A stretch of 43,281 nucleotides of DNA from a virus (IMGVR_UViG_2909298281_000002); one strand, 5' to 3'. Counted from the first letter of the stretch, positions 1 to 9,531 are shown. Notes: generated from the letters alone by a model not told the origin. A program made the numbers and translations.

Positions 1-1254
1 ATGCTGGAACAAATGGGCATTGCCGCGAAGCAAGCCTCGTATAAATTAGCGCAACTCTCCAGCCGCGAAAAAAATCGCGTGCTGGAAAAAATCGCCGATG
101 AACTGGAAGCACAAAGCGAAATCATCCTCAACGCTAACGCCCAGGATGTTGCTGACGCGCGTGCCAATGGCCTTGGCGAAGCGATGCTTGACCGTCTGGC
201 ACTGACGCCCGCACGGCTGAAAGGCATTGCCGATGATGTGCGCCAGGTGTGTAACCTCGCCGATCCGGTGGGGCAGGTAATCGATGGCAGCGTACTGGAC
301 AGCGGCCTGCGTCTTGAGCGTCGTCGCGTACCGCTGGGGGTTATTGGCGTGATTTATGAAGCGCGCCCGAACGTGACGGTTGATGTCGCTTCGCTGTGCC
401 TGAAAACCGGTAATGCGGTGATCCTGCGCGGTGGCAAAGAAACGTGTCGCACTAACGCTGCAACGGTGGCGGTGATTCAGGACGCCCTGAAATCCTGCGG
501 CTTACCGGCGGGTGCCGTGCAGGCGATTGATAATCCTGACCGTGCGCTGGTCAGTGAAATGCTGCGTATGGATAAATACATCGACATGCTGATCCCGCGT
601 GGTGGCGCTGGTTTGCATAAACTGTGCCGTGAACAGTCGACAATCCCGGTGATCACAGGTGGTATAGGCGTATGCCATATTTACGTTGATGAAAGTGTAG
701 AGATCGCTGAAGCATTAAAAGTGATCGTCAACGCGAAAACTCAGCGTCCGAGCACATGTAATACGGTTGAAACGTTGCTGGTGAATAAAAACATCGCCGA
801 TAGCTTCCTGCCCGCATTAAGCAAACAAATGGCGGAAAGCGGCGTGACATTACACGCAGATGCAGCTGCACTGGCGCAGTTGCAGGCAGGCCCTGCGAAG
901 GTGGTTGCTGTTAAAGCCGAAGAGTATGACGATGAGTTTCTGTCATTAGATTTGAACGTCAAAATCGTCAGCGATCTTGACGATGCCATCGCCCATATTC
1001 GTGAACACGGCACACAACACTCCGATGCGATCCTGACCCGCGATATGCGCAACGCCCAGCGTTTTGTTAACGAAGTGGATTCGTCCGCTGTTTACGTTAA
1101 CGCCTCTACGCGTTTTACCGACGGCGGCCAGTTTGGTCTGGGTGCGGAAGTGGCGGTAAGCACACAAAAACTCCACGCGCGTGGCCCAATGGGGCTGGAA
1201 GCACTGACCACTTACAAGTGGATCGGCATTGGTGATTACACCATTCGTGCGTAA
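1..1254 (+). CDS. proA: gamma-glutamyl phosphate reductase (glutamate-5-semialdehyde dehydrogenase)
   Basis: 417-aa ORF from ATG at 1 to TAA at 1254; full-length match to the enterobacterial ProA sequence as I recall it; sits immediately upstream of thrW as in E. coli. Confidence 0.97.
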   Translation: MLEQMGIAAKQASYKLAQLSSREKNRVLEKIADELEAQSEIILNANAQDVADARANGLGEAMLDRLALTPARLKGIADDVRQVCNLADPVGQVIDGSVLDSGLRLERRRVPLGVIGVIYEARPNVTVDVASLCLKTGNAVILRGGKETCRTNAATVAVIQDALKSCGLPAGAVQAIDNPDRALVSEMLRMDKYIDMLIPRGGAGLHKLCREQSTIPVITGGIGVCHIYVDESVEIAEALKVIVNAKTQRPSTCNTVETLLVNKNIADSFLPALSKQMAESGVTLHADAAALAQLQAGPAKVVAVKAEEYDDEFLSLDLNVKIVSDLDDAIAHIREHGTQHSDAILTRDMRNAQRFVNEVDSSAVYVNASTRFTDGGQFGLGAEVAVSTQKLHARGPMGLEALTTYKWIGIGDYTIRA

Positions 1255-1368
1255 ATAAAACCGGGTGATGCAAAAGTAGCCATTTGATTCACAAGGCCAT
1301 TGACGCATCGCCCGGTTAGTTTTAACCTTGTCCACCGTGATTCACGTTCGTGAACATGTCCTTTCAGG

Positions 1369-1444
1369 GCCGATATAGCTCAGTTGGTAGAGCAGCGCAT
1401 TCGTAATGCGAAGGTCGTAGGTTCGACTCCTATTATCGGCACCA
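1369..1444 (+). tRNA. thrW: tRNA-Thr (anticodon CGU)
   Basis: 76-nt sequence GCCGATATAGCTCAGTTGGTAGAGC...GGTTCGACTCCTATTATCGGCACCA with cloverleaf features, anticodon loop TTCGTAA and encoded CCA end; known prophage integration target next to proA. Confidence 0.95.
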
Positions 1445-1460
1445 TTTAAATCAATAAGTT
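1400..1460. other. putative attL junction (3' end of thrW abutting the integrase gene)
   Basis: The integrase stop codon lies 15 nt after the tRNA CCA end. P22-type integrases recombine within the 3' part of thrW. Core limits cannot be set because no attR copy was found in the window. Confidence 0.4.
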
Positions 1461-2622
1461 ACACATCATTAGTACCTTCCTTATTTTTTGACTGGGACAA
1501 ATTTGGGACCGATGGGTTCAGAATCGAGTCTATTTGCCGTGCGTGTTCGGTAAGGTGATTAGGCGCGAGGTGAGCATATCGACGAACCATTTCGATAGAC
1601 TCCCAGCCACCCATTTCCTGTAACACTGACAACGGGACTCCGGCTTGAACCAGCCAACTTGCCCAGGTGTGTCTCAAGTCGTGAAATCTGAAATCATCAA
1701 TACCAGCTCGTCTCAGCGCCGCTTTCCAGGCTGTGTTTGCGTCATACCGCATCTTCCTTACTGTTGGCGCTTTCGTTCCGTCTGGTTTGGTACAGCTTTC
1801 CTTGTACACAAATACCCAACGGTGATGATTCCCGATTTGTTTTTTCAAAACGCGACATGCAGTATCATTCAGCGCAACGCCGATTGCGCGGTTTGATTTA
1901 CTCTCTTCCGGGTTTATCCATGCCACCCGGCGCTGCATATCTATTTGTTGCCATTCAAGGTTGATGATGTTCGAGCGTCTTAAACCTGTTGCCAGTGCAA
2001 ATTCAACAACAGACTTTAATGGCTCCGGACATTCATCAATCAGCCTTTGTGCTTCATGGGGCTCCAGCCAGCGGATCCGTTTATTCTTTGGTTGAGGCAC
2101 TTTAATAATTGGTGCCTTATCCAGCATTTTCCATTCACGCTCTGCGGCTCTTAGTAGGGCCTTTATAAATGAAAGATGCGTAGCCTTCGTTGCAACGGAC
2201 GCTGGTTTTGGCGTGTATTCTGGAACAGGTTTCCCTTTTTTTCTGCATGCTTCTGCCCTGAGTTTCCAGTTTTCCTCATGACGCCGGTTCGTCATTTTCT
2301 GCATTGCTGAATAAATTTTTGATTCAGTAATGTCTCTTAGTTGCATTCCTGCGAAATGTTGAAGCCAGAATCCGATCCGGCTTTTGTCATCGTCCAGTGA
2401 TTTTTTATGTGCTTTCTCTTCAAGCCACCTGACACACGCTTCCTCGAACGTTATATCAGGTATTTCACCAAGTTTGCTGACCCGCCATGCTTCAGCCTTT
2501 AGCTTGTCATGGAGTTCTGTCGCCTGCCTTTTGTCCTTTGTTCCAAGAGACTGTTTAAATCTTTTACCGTTCGGCAATGTGAAACTGGCGTACCATATTT
2601 CACCTCTGCGGAAGAGTGACAT
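1459..2622 (-). CDS. int: tyrosine site-specific integrase (P22-type)
   Basis: 387-aa ORF; near-identical over its length to the phage P22 integrase as I recall it (N-terminus [31 protein letters not shown]-terminal catalytic region with [10 protein letters not shown] and RYAHL); adjacent to thrW. Confidence 0.95.
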   Translation of the reverse strand: MSLFRRGEIWYASFTLPNGKRFKQSLGTKDKRQATELHDKLKAEAWRVSKLGEIPDITFEEACVRWLEEKAHKKSLDDDKSRIGFWLQHFAGMQLRDITESKIYSAMQKMTNRRHEENWKLRAEACRKKGKPVPEYTPKPASVATKATHLSFIKALLRAAEREWKMLDKAPIIKVPQPKNKRIRWLEPHEAQRLIDECPEPLKSVVEFALATGLRRSNIINLEWQQIDMQRRVAWINPEESKSNRAIGVALNDTACRVLKKQIGNHHRWVFVYKESCTKPDGTKAPTVRKMRYDANTAWKAALRRAGIDDFRFHDLRHTWASWLVQAGVPLSVLQEMGGWESIEMVRRYAHLAPNHLTEHARQIDSILNPSVPNLSQSKNKEGTNDV

Positions 2623-2849
2623 TTTCTTTCCTCTGTTATGCCATCACCCGCGCTCACCTGGACAGTATGCAGCGGAGACTGAAGAGCCGCAATGCAGGCT
2701 TGTCGAGTTGTGAGGTAAGGAGATTTATTCTTAGTGGGATCTTTGCGTGTTGCCTGAAGACGCCCTGTGCGTATCCAGTTAATGGCAGTCGGTCTGGATA
2801 TTTTGAGAAAATGACAGGCCTCATCGAGTGTGAGGCTGTATGGCTCCAT
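2499..2849 (-). CDS. xis: excisionase
   Basis: 116-aa product starting [38 protein letters not shown], matching P22 Xis as recalled. ATG at 2849 overlaps the upstream stop (TAATG). The track ORF (2499..2933) has a 28-codon 5' extension that I reject. The 3' end overlaps the int start in another frame. Confidence 0.8.
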   Translation of the reverse strand: MEPYSLTLDEACHFLKISRPTAINWIRTGRLQATRKDPTKNKSPYLTTRQACIAALQSPLHTVQVSAGDGITEERKCHSSAEVKYGTPVSHCRTVKDLNSLLEQRTKGRRQNSMTS

Positions 2850-3154
2850 TATTTCACCTCTTGCTGTGACATTGTTGAAAAATGGATACCAGCTCGTTGC
2901 TGCCAGACGATCCAACCGAGAGTCATATCCCATGCCATGTATTCGTTATCGCCGTTTTTTGCTCTCCGACGATCTACTAAGTCACCGAAACGCTTTTCCA
3001 TGAATAATTCATAAGATTCGCGTTCATCTGGTTCTACTTCCAGAGATAGGAGTGCGATTTCATAAGCACGGCGCTCAATATCGTCTCGCACGTCAAGGCT
3101 GCTGATACGCTCTTTAATTTCTTTAATCAGTTCTTTGTCGGTAAAAGTGGTCAT
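2849..3154 (-). CDS. hypothetical early-left operon protein (YfdT-like by size and position)
   Basis: 101-aa ORF; ATG at 3154 overlaps the upstream stop; GGAG Shine-Dalgarno upstream. No domain recognised. Confidence 0.7.
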   Translation of the reverse strand: MTTFTDKELIKEIKERISSLDVRDDIERRAYEIALLSLEVEPDERESYELFMEKRFGDLVDRRRAKNGDNEYMAWDMTLGWIVWQQRAGIHFSTMSQQEVK

Positions 3155-3516
3155 TATGCTCCAGCCTCCGGTGCTTTTGGCATTACTGCCCAGTGAGTGA
3201 TATTGACGTTTTCAAGGTCCCCGACCTGAAATGTCCACTGCCATTCTCCGGTTTCTTTTTGTCCCCAGGTGTACCAGAGAGAACGCCAGCCAATCAGCCA
3301 GCCTTCTCCGTTAGCATCAAATAACAGAACACTTTCATTTGCTGGTGGCAGTTCAGTTGACACTGGTATTACTTTGTTTTCCAGTGCTGCACATTTAGCT
3401 TCAAGCGCATCGAATTTACGTACCAGGTATTCAGCATCCGTTTCATTCACTTTCAGGTCTCGTGGTACACATCTCCCGCGAAGAAACCCTTCCATTTCGA
3501 AAACATTCATGCGCAT
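3154..3516 (-). CDS. hypothetical early-left operon protein (YfdS-like by size and position)
   Basis: 120-aa ORF, ATG at 3516 with GGAG about 10 nt upstream; Trp-rich C-terminal half; overlaps the end of the upstream gene. Confidence 0.7.
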   Translation of the reverse strand: MRMNVFEMEGFLRGRCVPRDLKVNETDAEYLVRKFDALEAKCAALENKVIPVSTELPPANESVLLFDANGEGWLIGWRSLWYTWGQKETGEWQWTFQVGDLENVNITHWAVMPKAPEAGA

Positions 3517-4043
3517 TTGCGTAACTCCGATAACTCGTTAAAACGTTCCATAAACATCCCGTAGGCATGGCCCGGAGCCAGTGGAATAACTTTGAACATC
3601 TCTGTTGCCGGGATACCTTCCAGTACTGGCCAGAAAGAGCCATCATCAAGCCCGAGATCGCGGCGTTCGGTTGCCAGCATGATGAGATCGGCATATTTCA
3701 CAGGCGTGCTCATAACCGTGGGTAACCCGTATTTCTCACGGATTACGGCGTCTATTTTTTCTTCCATCCGTTTATAGTCAGGAAGAAGGCGTTTCAGCGG
3801 CGCGGGGATGTCCTGGCAATACGCTTCTGTTGCATCATGCATTAACGCTTCAAAAGCAAATTCCTGCGGCACCAGCTGGCTGCAAAGCACCGCATGTTGG
3901 GCGACACTGTAGAAGTGTGAAAGATGACCGGCAAAGCGACAGATATTTGAAAGGGAAACCGCGATATCGTTAATCACGATGTCGTCTTTATTTATCCTGT
4001 CATAATAAAAATGCTTCCCGGAAAAAGTTTTAATAAATGACAT
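3507..4043 (-). CDS. HD-domain phosphohydrolase (YfdR-like)
   Basis: His and His-Asp metal-ligand motifs (FAGHLSHFYSVAQHAV ... MHDATEAY). Start set at the ATG at 4043 (MSFIKTF...), which has GGAG 8–9 nt upstream; the track start at 4073 is a GTG without a ribosome-binding site. Confidence 0.8.
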   Translation of the reverse strand: MSFIKTFSGKHFYYDRINKDDIVINDIAVSLSNICRFAGHLSHFYSVAQHAVLCSQLVPQEFAFEALMHDATEAYCQDIPAPLKRLLPDYKRMEEKIDAVIREKYGLPTVMSTPVKYADLIMLATERRDLGLDDGSFWPVLEGIPATEMFKVIPLAPGHAYGMFMERFNELSELRKCA

Positions 4044-4136
4044 TTTGTTCTCCGCGTATATGTGCTGCACCACGCTGAATTCTGGTAAAAGGAAGCCCTC
4101 ACCATCCGGCGATTATTGAGTCAATTACGTTTCCAT

Positions 4137-4158
4137 AAATGCCCCCGCAGGGGCATTT
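4137..4158 (-). other. intergenic palindromic hairpin AAATGCCCC-cgca-GGGGCATTT between the YfdQ-like and YfdR-like genes
   Basis: Perfect 9-bp inverted repeat with a 4-nt loop seen directly; not followed by a U-run on either strand, so more likely an RNA stability or processing element than a strong terminator. Confidence 0.4.
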
Positions 4159-4170
4159 GCAGTAATGAAA

Positions 4171-4995
4171 TCAGGCGGTGAAAGTACCAATAAAGGTTTC
4201 TACTTTGCTGTCTTTGAATTTCTCAACAAGCAGATCACGAAATTCGTTAGCCATTTCTTCCTGCACCGCCTCCAGCTGAATAATGCGCAGAACCAGTACA
4301 GGACGATCGCCAGTGATAATGCTGAGGCGTAATTTAAATGGACGTTCTTTCAGACCTTCAAACGGAACGCATTTAAATTCAAATGCCACTGGCATAATAT
4401 CTTTGGTTTTCGCTTCGACAGACTCCATCAGGGAGCGTTTGCCGCTGAAGTCATTATCTTCAAAATCAGCGGTCTGGTTTGCTTCAATCGTGATTTTACG
4501 GACAGCCGCAGCCGCTTTTGTTGCCTGAATAGCGTCACCATTAGCATCAAAGCCCACAAGGTAGTCGGCCCAGTCTTCAATCCATTCTGCCAGTGACTTC
4601 TGGGAATGACGCTCGCCATTAACAGACAACAGAGCAGAGAACGGTGCTGTCTTTTTCAGTTTGAGAGTGGCGGTGTTATCTGCGTGACCTGGTTCATCAA
4701 TAGTACCCAGGTTAAGCACACTGACGGCTCGCATATTATCGGCATCGATAAAGCAGCGGGTGCCTTCATCTGCAAGATCTTTAGAATAACGGGTAAAGTC
4801 ATCGATGCTGGCAGTGGAAAGCGCACCACGGAAACGGAAGCGATTTAAATTAAATTTTTCCAGATCATGAATGCGGAAATTCTCAGGCAATGCCACAGCA
4901 TCGGCACCAATCTTACTGATAATTTCATTAACACCCTGAGCAGAAATAAGAGCATGGATTTGATTAATTGCGGTTGCGTCTAAGTTCTGAGACAT
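4171..4995 (-). CDS. DUF2303-family protein (YfdQ-like)
   Basis: 274-aa ORF beginning [20 protein letters not shown], matching E. coli CPS-53 YfdQ in length and sequence as recalled; GAGGA Shine-Dalgarno 8 nt upstream. Confidence 0.85.
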   Translation of the reverse strand: MSQNLDATAINQIHALISAQGVNEIISKIGADAVALPENFRIHDLEKFNLNRFRFRGALSTASIDDFTRYSKDLADEGTRCFIDADNMRAVSVLNLGTIDEPGHADNTATLKLKKTAPFSALLSVNGERHSQKSLAEWIEDWADYLVGFDANGDAIQATKAAAAVRKITIEANQTADFEDNDFSGKRSLMESVEAKTKDIMPVAFEFKCVPFEGLKERPFKLRLSIITGDRPVLVLRIIQLEAVQEEMANEFRDLLVEKFKDSKVETFIGTFTA

Positions 4996-5060
4996 AATAA
5001 GTCCTCACTATATAAAGATATTCAGTGATGAGATAAATAATCAGTTAATTAAGAACGATA

Positions 5061-5423
5061 TTAATGACCTGCTGCGCGAAGTTTTCCGTCAGGTTCACCG
5101 GCAAGAGTCAGTAATTGTCCCTGGTCTTCCTGCAGAATAGTCAGGCGACCACCGCGATTGACATACATCGGCGTTTCGGTGGTGTCTTCTTCAGAAATTT
5201 TCCCGCGGTTAGTCGGGCGAACATATGAGAGTTTGTGTTTGATTTTCACACGGTTCTCATCAAACGGTTCGATTTCCAGGTTGAGCGAGACCTTACCTTT
5301 GGTTTTCGTGTTCATCACACCGGAAGCGACTTCACTGAGAACAGCGCCGATTTTGGTTTCAAATACGCCGCCGTCCAGCTCCCCGATAAATGCCTGCACA
5401 TCAGTACTGCGTTCGCTAGCCAT
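5061..5423 (-). CDS. YfdP-like phage protein
   Basis: 120-aa product from the third in-frame ATG (MASERSTDVQAFIGELDGG...), which has a GAGGAG Shine-Dalgarno 8 nt upstream. The track ORF (to 5654) starts at a TTG and runs through structured leader sequence. Confidence 0.75.
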   Translation of the reverse strand: MASERSTDVQAFIGELDGGVFETKIGAVLSEVASGVMNTKTKGKVSLNLEIEPFDENRVKIKHKLSYVRPTNRGKISEEDTTETPMYVNRGGRLTILQEDQGQLLTLAGEPDGKLRAAGH

Positions 5424-6014
5424 TTTGCTGCTCCTCATCATATCGACCCTGCAAGGTCGGTTGGTTTCTCCACAAAACAGAGAAGAACACCTGCGGTGAC
5501 TGCCGCCCGGATGGATTGGGTTATGAGCCCGTCGTCCGGTGATGCTCTTCTCTGTTTTGTAAAAAGAGCGGTACCAGCCGGAAGCAAGGGTACAAACTGG
5601 TACCGCCAAAGCAGTGGCTGTTGTGGTGGGGTTGTCACTCAGGCGTATGGTCAACCTGACAATCCGGTGTCCTCAACGGGGAAAGAGTAACCCCGCCATA
5701 CTTACCGCCGCGCCATTTCGCGGATTACCACAACGCTGAGAGCACTTAGCCAGTTACGGCACCACACTTTGTCGCGGCTCCATAAATGCCCTCATCGTTG
5801 CACCCTGGTCTCTTCCCAGGCGTCAAACCGAATCGCCACGCTGGTTAGGCGTCTTATCAGCATCATCATTGACTTGCACATTCCGGCTACCTGGTTTGTT
5901 TGCTCGAGCAAGGAGTGGATTGTCCCCTTTAACGTCACCAGACCGCTAACGACGCATGTGCCATACGCCGTGTTACAACCAAATTTTGTTTTAATCTTGC
6001 CTGTGTTGTGTTTC

Positions 6015-6056
6015 TTTTAGATACATTATGTATCTCATGGGTACATTGTCAAGTAT
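6015..6056 (-). promoter_or_regulatory. candidate PL-like early-left promoter with overlapping operator palindromes
   Basis: On the minus strand: TTGACA (plus 6047–6052), 17-nt spacer, ATAATG (plus 6024–6029). Overlapped by the palindrome GATACATAATGTATC and a GTACA half-site also present in the cI–cro intergenic region. Confidence 0.45.
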
Positions 6057-6080
6057 AAAAAAACCTGCCGAAGCAGGTTC
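6056..6080 (-). terminator. rho-independent terminator downstream of cI
   Basis: Minus-strand hairpin AACCTGC-ttcg-GCAGGTT followed by a run of seven T, starting 12 nt after the cI stop. Confidence 0.6.
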
Positions 6081-6091
6081 ATAAATATTGA

Positions 6092-6766
6092 TTAGGCCTT
6101 TATTGTGTATCTTCTTGGTTTTCCCGAGAAAATCACTGTACCAATTATAGAGCAATTACCGTTAATCTTAATGTAAGGCTCAGGCCAGTTTGGGTTTAAT
6201 GCTTTGAGATAACGCTGTGTTCCATCTTCTATCAATCGCTTGAAGGTGGTTTCGCCTGTATCGTGCATCAATGCAATAACGTCGTCACCGTGGCAGGCAG
6301 GGACTTCGGGATCAACAAAAATCATGTCTCCAGGGCGGTACTCATCAATCATTGAATCACCAATCACCCGCAAGATATAAGTCATTTCGCCACAGGGTAC
6401 AGGGCAGGGGTACGTTTCTGCTGTGCTCAAATCAACCTCAGAATAGCCAACTTCTTTCCATGCTCCGGCCTGTACCCATGATATGACAGGGACTAACGTT
6501 ATTTGTTTGTTAGTGATTGAAACATCAGGTTTTTTTGTGATGTTCGTTGTCTGGTGTTCTTGATCAAGCCATCCGACAGGCAGGTCGAAACATTTTTCGA
6601 TGTGCCGTGCCATGCTGTCACCGATATTTTTAGTAGCGCCATCCCCCATAAACCTGCTGGTTTGGGTTGGCTCGCGATCAATCATGGTGGCAAAGGATGA
6701 ATTTCCGCCAACACCATCTCTCAGTTTTCTGGCGTTAGACCGCCGGATGTCATGGATTGTTTTCAT
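6092..6766 (-). CDS. cI: CI-type prophage repressor (HTH domain plus LexA-like S24 autopeptidase domain)
   Basis: 224 aa; N-terminal helix-turn-helix; Ala-Gly cleavage site (VQAGAWKE); Ser nucleophile in GDSM and a downstream Lys (TFKRL); divergent from cro across an operator-rich intergenic region; no Shine-Dalgarno, consistent with a leaderless PRM-type message. Confidence 0.9.
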   Translation of the reverse strand: MKTIHDIRRSNARKLRDGVGGNSSFATMIDREPTQTSRFMGDGATKNIGDSMARHIEKCFDLPVGWLDQEHQTTNITKKPDVSITNKQITLVPVISWVQAGAWKEVGYSEVDLSTAETYPCPVPCGEMTYILRVIGDSMIDEYRPGDMIFVDPEVPACHGDDVIALMHDTGETTFKRLIEDGTQRYLKALNPNWPEPYIKINGNCSIIGTVIFSGKPRRYTIKA

Positions 6767-6856
6767 AACGAAATTAAAACCTTTGTACCGATAAGGTACA
6801 AGTATCTTGAAGGTTCATTTCAATCATGTAATATGTATACCGTAGGTACATATTGT
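6767..6856. promoter_or_regulatory. immunity switch region (OR operators with divergent PRM and PR)
   Basis: Perfect palindrome TTGTACC-gataa-GGTACAA (6784–6802) and a second GTACA-containing site near 6832–6853; PR-like TTGAAG (6807–6812), 16-nt spacer, TAATAT (6829–6834) upstream of cro. Confidence 0.6.
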
Positions 6857-7057
6857 ATGAAAGCGTATTGGGACTCTTTAACCAAAGAACAGCAGGGCGA
6901 GTTGGCCGGAAAAGTTGGCTCAACACCTGGCTACTTACGGCTGGTTTTCAATGGTTATAAAAAAGCCAGTTTTGTGCTGGCGAAAAAACTTGAGCAATGC
7001 ACGTCAGGTGCAATTACGAAATCTGACTTAAGACCGGATATCTATCCGAAAGATTAA
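6857..7057 (+). CDS. cro: Cro-like helix-turn-helix regulator (YdaS/Cro family)
   Basis: 66-aa product from the ATG at 6857 (MKAYWDSLTKEQQGELAGKVGSTPGYLRL...); the track ORF from 6752 would overlap the cI start and operators. Divergent from cI. Confidence 0.8.
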   Translation: MKAYWDSLTKEQQGELAGKVGSTPGYLRLVFNGYKKASFVLAKKLEQCTSGAITKSDLRPDIYPKD

Positions 7058-7088
7058 CAGAACACCTTCAATTTTTAACCACAGAACG

Positions 7089-7652
7089 ATGAGGCTAACC
7101 GTGGGTAAGTATCACTGGAAAGTAGAAAAACAGCCTGAGTGGTACGTGAAAGCTGTCAGAAAAACTATCGCAGCGTTGCCGGGTGGTTACGCTGAAGCAG
7201 CTGACTGGCTGGATGTAACAGAGAACGCATTATTTAACCGCCTTCGTGCCGATGGCGATCAGATTTTCCCGCTGGGATGGGCAATGGTTTTACAGCGCGC
7301 GGCTGGCACTCACTACATTGCGGATGCTGTCGCACAGTCTGCTGGTGGGGTGTTCGTATCGCTTCCTGAAATTGAGGAAGTAGAGAACGCCGATATAAAC
7401 CAGCGCCTGCTGGAAGTCATCGAACAGATCGGGAATTACTCAAAGCAGATTCGTTCGGCAATCGAAGATGGGGTCGTGGAGCCACACGAGCAGACAGCAA
7501 TTAATGATGAGTTGTATCTGTCAATTTCGAAGCTCCAAGAGCATGCAGCACTGGTCTACAAAATCTTTTGCGCTCCAGAAAAGAGTGACGCCCGCGAGTG
7601 TGCAGCTCCGGGCGTCGTGGCGTTTTGTGTCTGTGGAGAAACTAACGCATGA
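7089..7652 (+). CDS. early regulatory protein in the cII position (possibly YdaT/CII-like)
   Basis: 187-aa ORF directly after cro; family assignment is by position and weak recall only. Alternative GTG start at 7101 has a better Shine-Dalgarno (GAGG). Confidence 0.65.
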   Translation: MRLTVGKYHWKVEKQPEWYVKAVRKTIAALPGGYAEAADWLDVTENALFNRLRADGDQIFPLGWAMVLQRAAGTHYIADAVAQSAGGVFVSLPEIEEVENADINQRLLEVIEQIGNYSKQIRSAIEDGVVEPHEQTAINDELYLSISKLQEHAALVYKIFCAPEKSDARECAAPGVVAFCVCGETNA

Positions 7653-8485
7653 ACAGTTTAACGGCAAATAACCGTTTGTCGCAACAGCTGGTGGTCAGCG
7701 TCGCTGAACACCTGTTGTTACGGCATGAATGCAGATTACCAAATCACCTGGCTGTAAGTAACCACAGAGAACTTTACCTGACTGTGGGGGGCGAGTTGTG
7801 CAGGAACTTAACCGCTGGTTTAGTGACGGAAGAGGACTTTATGTTCATGTTATTCGTTGGGAGCCAGAAACACAGCGCGTTATCTATCTTCGCAAAGACT
7901 ACCCGCATGAGTGCTTTAGTCCTTTGTGGAAATTCAGGCGTGATTTTATTGAGTGTGAAGGACCACCAGCACATTGATTCTGCCATTCCGGGACGTTACA
8001 CTGTTCAGGCACCTTATAAAGCGGGTGCCGGGATTGGCGTCCTGGAATTGATCAAGGCGATATATGACGCGCCAGCGTCTTTTTTATCGTCCGCATTTGC
8101 TCACATCAAAGTTATGGTGGGCTGGGCGGGGGCATCGAAAGATGCGCCGGTTTCCTTGATCACCGGTTACGCCAACCCCGTTCAGTTCACCACCAGCGAA
8201 ATTGGCGTTTCCGGTGGTGGAAGTATTTCACCGATCAAGGAGGCTGCCATCATGGCTACTGTCCCAGCCCTCACTCGTCTGAATGATGAAGACTTACATA
8301 AACTCAGTTATGTAACAACAGCACTACGTGCTCTGCGCAAGGTAACTCTTTCAGATCCGCAGGCGCATCAACTTCTGGTAGAAACCCTTCTTAACTTGCA
8401 GGCTGAACGTATTCGTTTGGCGGATAAGGCTAATCTTCATATTCACCGTCTCCTGAATATCAGCGGAGGGCATCGTCATGCTTAA
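7649..8485 (+). CDS. hypothetical replication-region protein
   Basis: 278-aa ORF; ATG overlaps the upstream stop (ATGA), indicating translational coupling; no motif recognised. Confidence 0.65.
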   Translation: MNSLTANNRLSQQLVVSVAEHLLLRHECRLPNHLAVSNHRELYLTVGGELCRNLTAGLVTEEDFMFMLFVGSQKHSALSIFAKTTRMSALVLCGNSGVILLSVKDHQHIDSAIPGRYTVQAPYKAGAGIGVLELIKAIYDAPASFLSSAFAHIKVMVGWAGASKDAPVSLITGYANPVQFTTSEIGVSGGGSISPIKEAAIMATVPALTRLNDEDLHKLSYVTTALRALRKVTLSDPQAHQLLVETLLNLQAERIRLADKANLHIHRLLNISGGHRHA

Positions 8486-8714
8486 TCCGTTGATCCTCAA
8501 TATTCACCGTTTACTTCAGCGTAAAAAAATATCAATTCCTACAGTTGGGCAGTGGTACACCACACCTGCAGGGCATGTTCTACGTGTTAGCCTGGTTGAC
8601 CGTGAATGCCAGAAGGTGATTTGTGAACCGCTTGGCCGTAATTACCGCGTCAGTATGCCGCTTATAGCCTTTCGCTCCGGAAAAAACATGAAGCATCTCG
8701 GAGGTGCAGCATGA
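8478..8714 (+). CDS. hypothetical small protein
   Basis: 78-aa ORF with GGAGGG Shine-Dalgarno 8 nt upstream, overlapping both neighbouring genes at start and stop. Confidence 0.55.
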   Translation: MLNPLILNIHRLLQRKKISIPTVGQWYTTPAGHVLRVSLVDRECQKVICEPLGRNYRVSMPLIAFRSGKNMKHLGGAA

Positions 8715-9529
8715 GTATGGAGCTGATGGTTAAAGCGATGAAAATTCGAGTGGGTAATCCATTGCGAAAACTGGTTCTGATCAAGCTGGCTGATAATGCC
8801 AGCGATCAGGGTGAGTGCTGGCCCAGCTACCAGCATATTGCTGACCAGTGCGAGATTAGCAAACGTTCTGTGATGAATCATATTGCGGCCCTTTGTGAGT
8901 CCGGGCTGGTAAAAAAAGTCACCCGGAAAGGTGAAAAAGGTAACTCAAGTAATATCTATCTCCTTCATCTGGATGGTGCAGGAGATTCACTAGGGGGTAG
9001 TGCAAATAATTCACTATCTGGTGCAGCAAATTCACCAGGTAGTGCAGGAGTTGCACTAGGGGGTAGTGCAGGAGATTCACCCAGAACCAGTCACTCTTTT
9101 GAACCAGTCAAAGAACCAGTCAATGAACCAATAGCTGTTGGTGCATCTGCTGATGAGTCTGTGCGAGTTCGTTCAAACCGACCGGAATACTCTCCGGAGT
9201 TTGAGCAGGCATGGCTGGCATATCCCAAACGTGCTGGTGGCAATTCAAAATCTGCAGCCTTCAAAGCCTGGAAAGCCCGTTTGAATGAGGGGGTAAACCC
9301 CGAAACCATGCTGGAAGGTGTGAAACGCTATGCGGGCTGGGTATCTGCGATGGGTAACAGCGGCACACAATTTGTGAAACAGGCTGTCACGTTCTTTGGT
9401 CCGGATCGTCATTTCGAAGAATCCTGGGAAGTTCCTGCGGTATCTGCAGCCAGACGTGAGGACCCGTACTTCAAAGCCAGTTACGACAACGTGGACTACA
9501 GCCAGATCCCGGCAGGATTCAGGGGGTGA
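8711..9529 (+). CDS. replication initiation protein (O-like, N-terminal HTH domain) containing the origin iterons
   Basis: 272 aa; N-terminal winged-HTH replication-initiator-like region (LVLIKLADNASDQGECWPSYQHIADQCEISKRSVMNHIAAL); GGAGGTG Shine-Dalgarno; internal low-complexity linker encoded by direct DNA repeats, as in lambda O. Confidence 0.8.
   Translation: MSMELMVKAMKIRVGNPLRKLVLIKLADNASDQGECWPSYQHIADQCEISKRSVMNHIAALCESGLVKKVTRKGEKGNSSNIYLLHLDGAGDSLGGSANNSLSGAANSPGSAGVALGGSAGDSPRTSHSFEPVKEPVNEPIAVGASADESVRVRSNRPEYSPEFEQAWLAYPKRAGGNSKSAAFKAWKARLNEGVNPETMLEGVKRYAGWVSAMGNSGTQFVKQAVTFFGPDRHFEESWEVPAVSAARREDPYFKASYDNVDYSQIPAGFRG
8976..9131. repeat. putative origin of replication: five about 15-bp iterons plus three GAACCAGTCA repeats
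   Basis: Iterons GTGCAGGAGATTCAC and variants at 8976, 9000, 9021, 9042 and 9066, spaced 21–24 bp; then GAACCAGTCA at 9084, 9101 and 9113; all inside the initiator gene. Confidence 0.7.
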
Positions 9530-9531
9530 TC

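Noticed and set aside
5235-5690. 151-aa plus-strand ORF and 66-aa minus-strand ORF (5438–5638) in the early-left leader.
   Set aside because: One overlaps the YfdP-like gene on the opposite strand, the other starts at a GTG with no ribosome-binding site and spans the 15-bp inverted repeat. The region is better treated as structured non-coding leader.
8960-9130. CRISPR array or other spacer–repeat structure in the replication region.
   Set aside because: The repeats are 15 bp with 6–9-bp spacers, lie inside a coding sequence, and have iteron geometry. No cas genes or CRISPR-like repeat–spacer units occur anywhere in the window.
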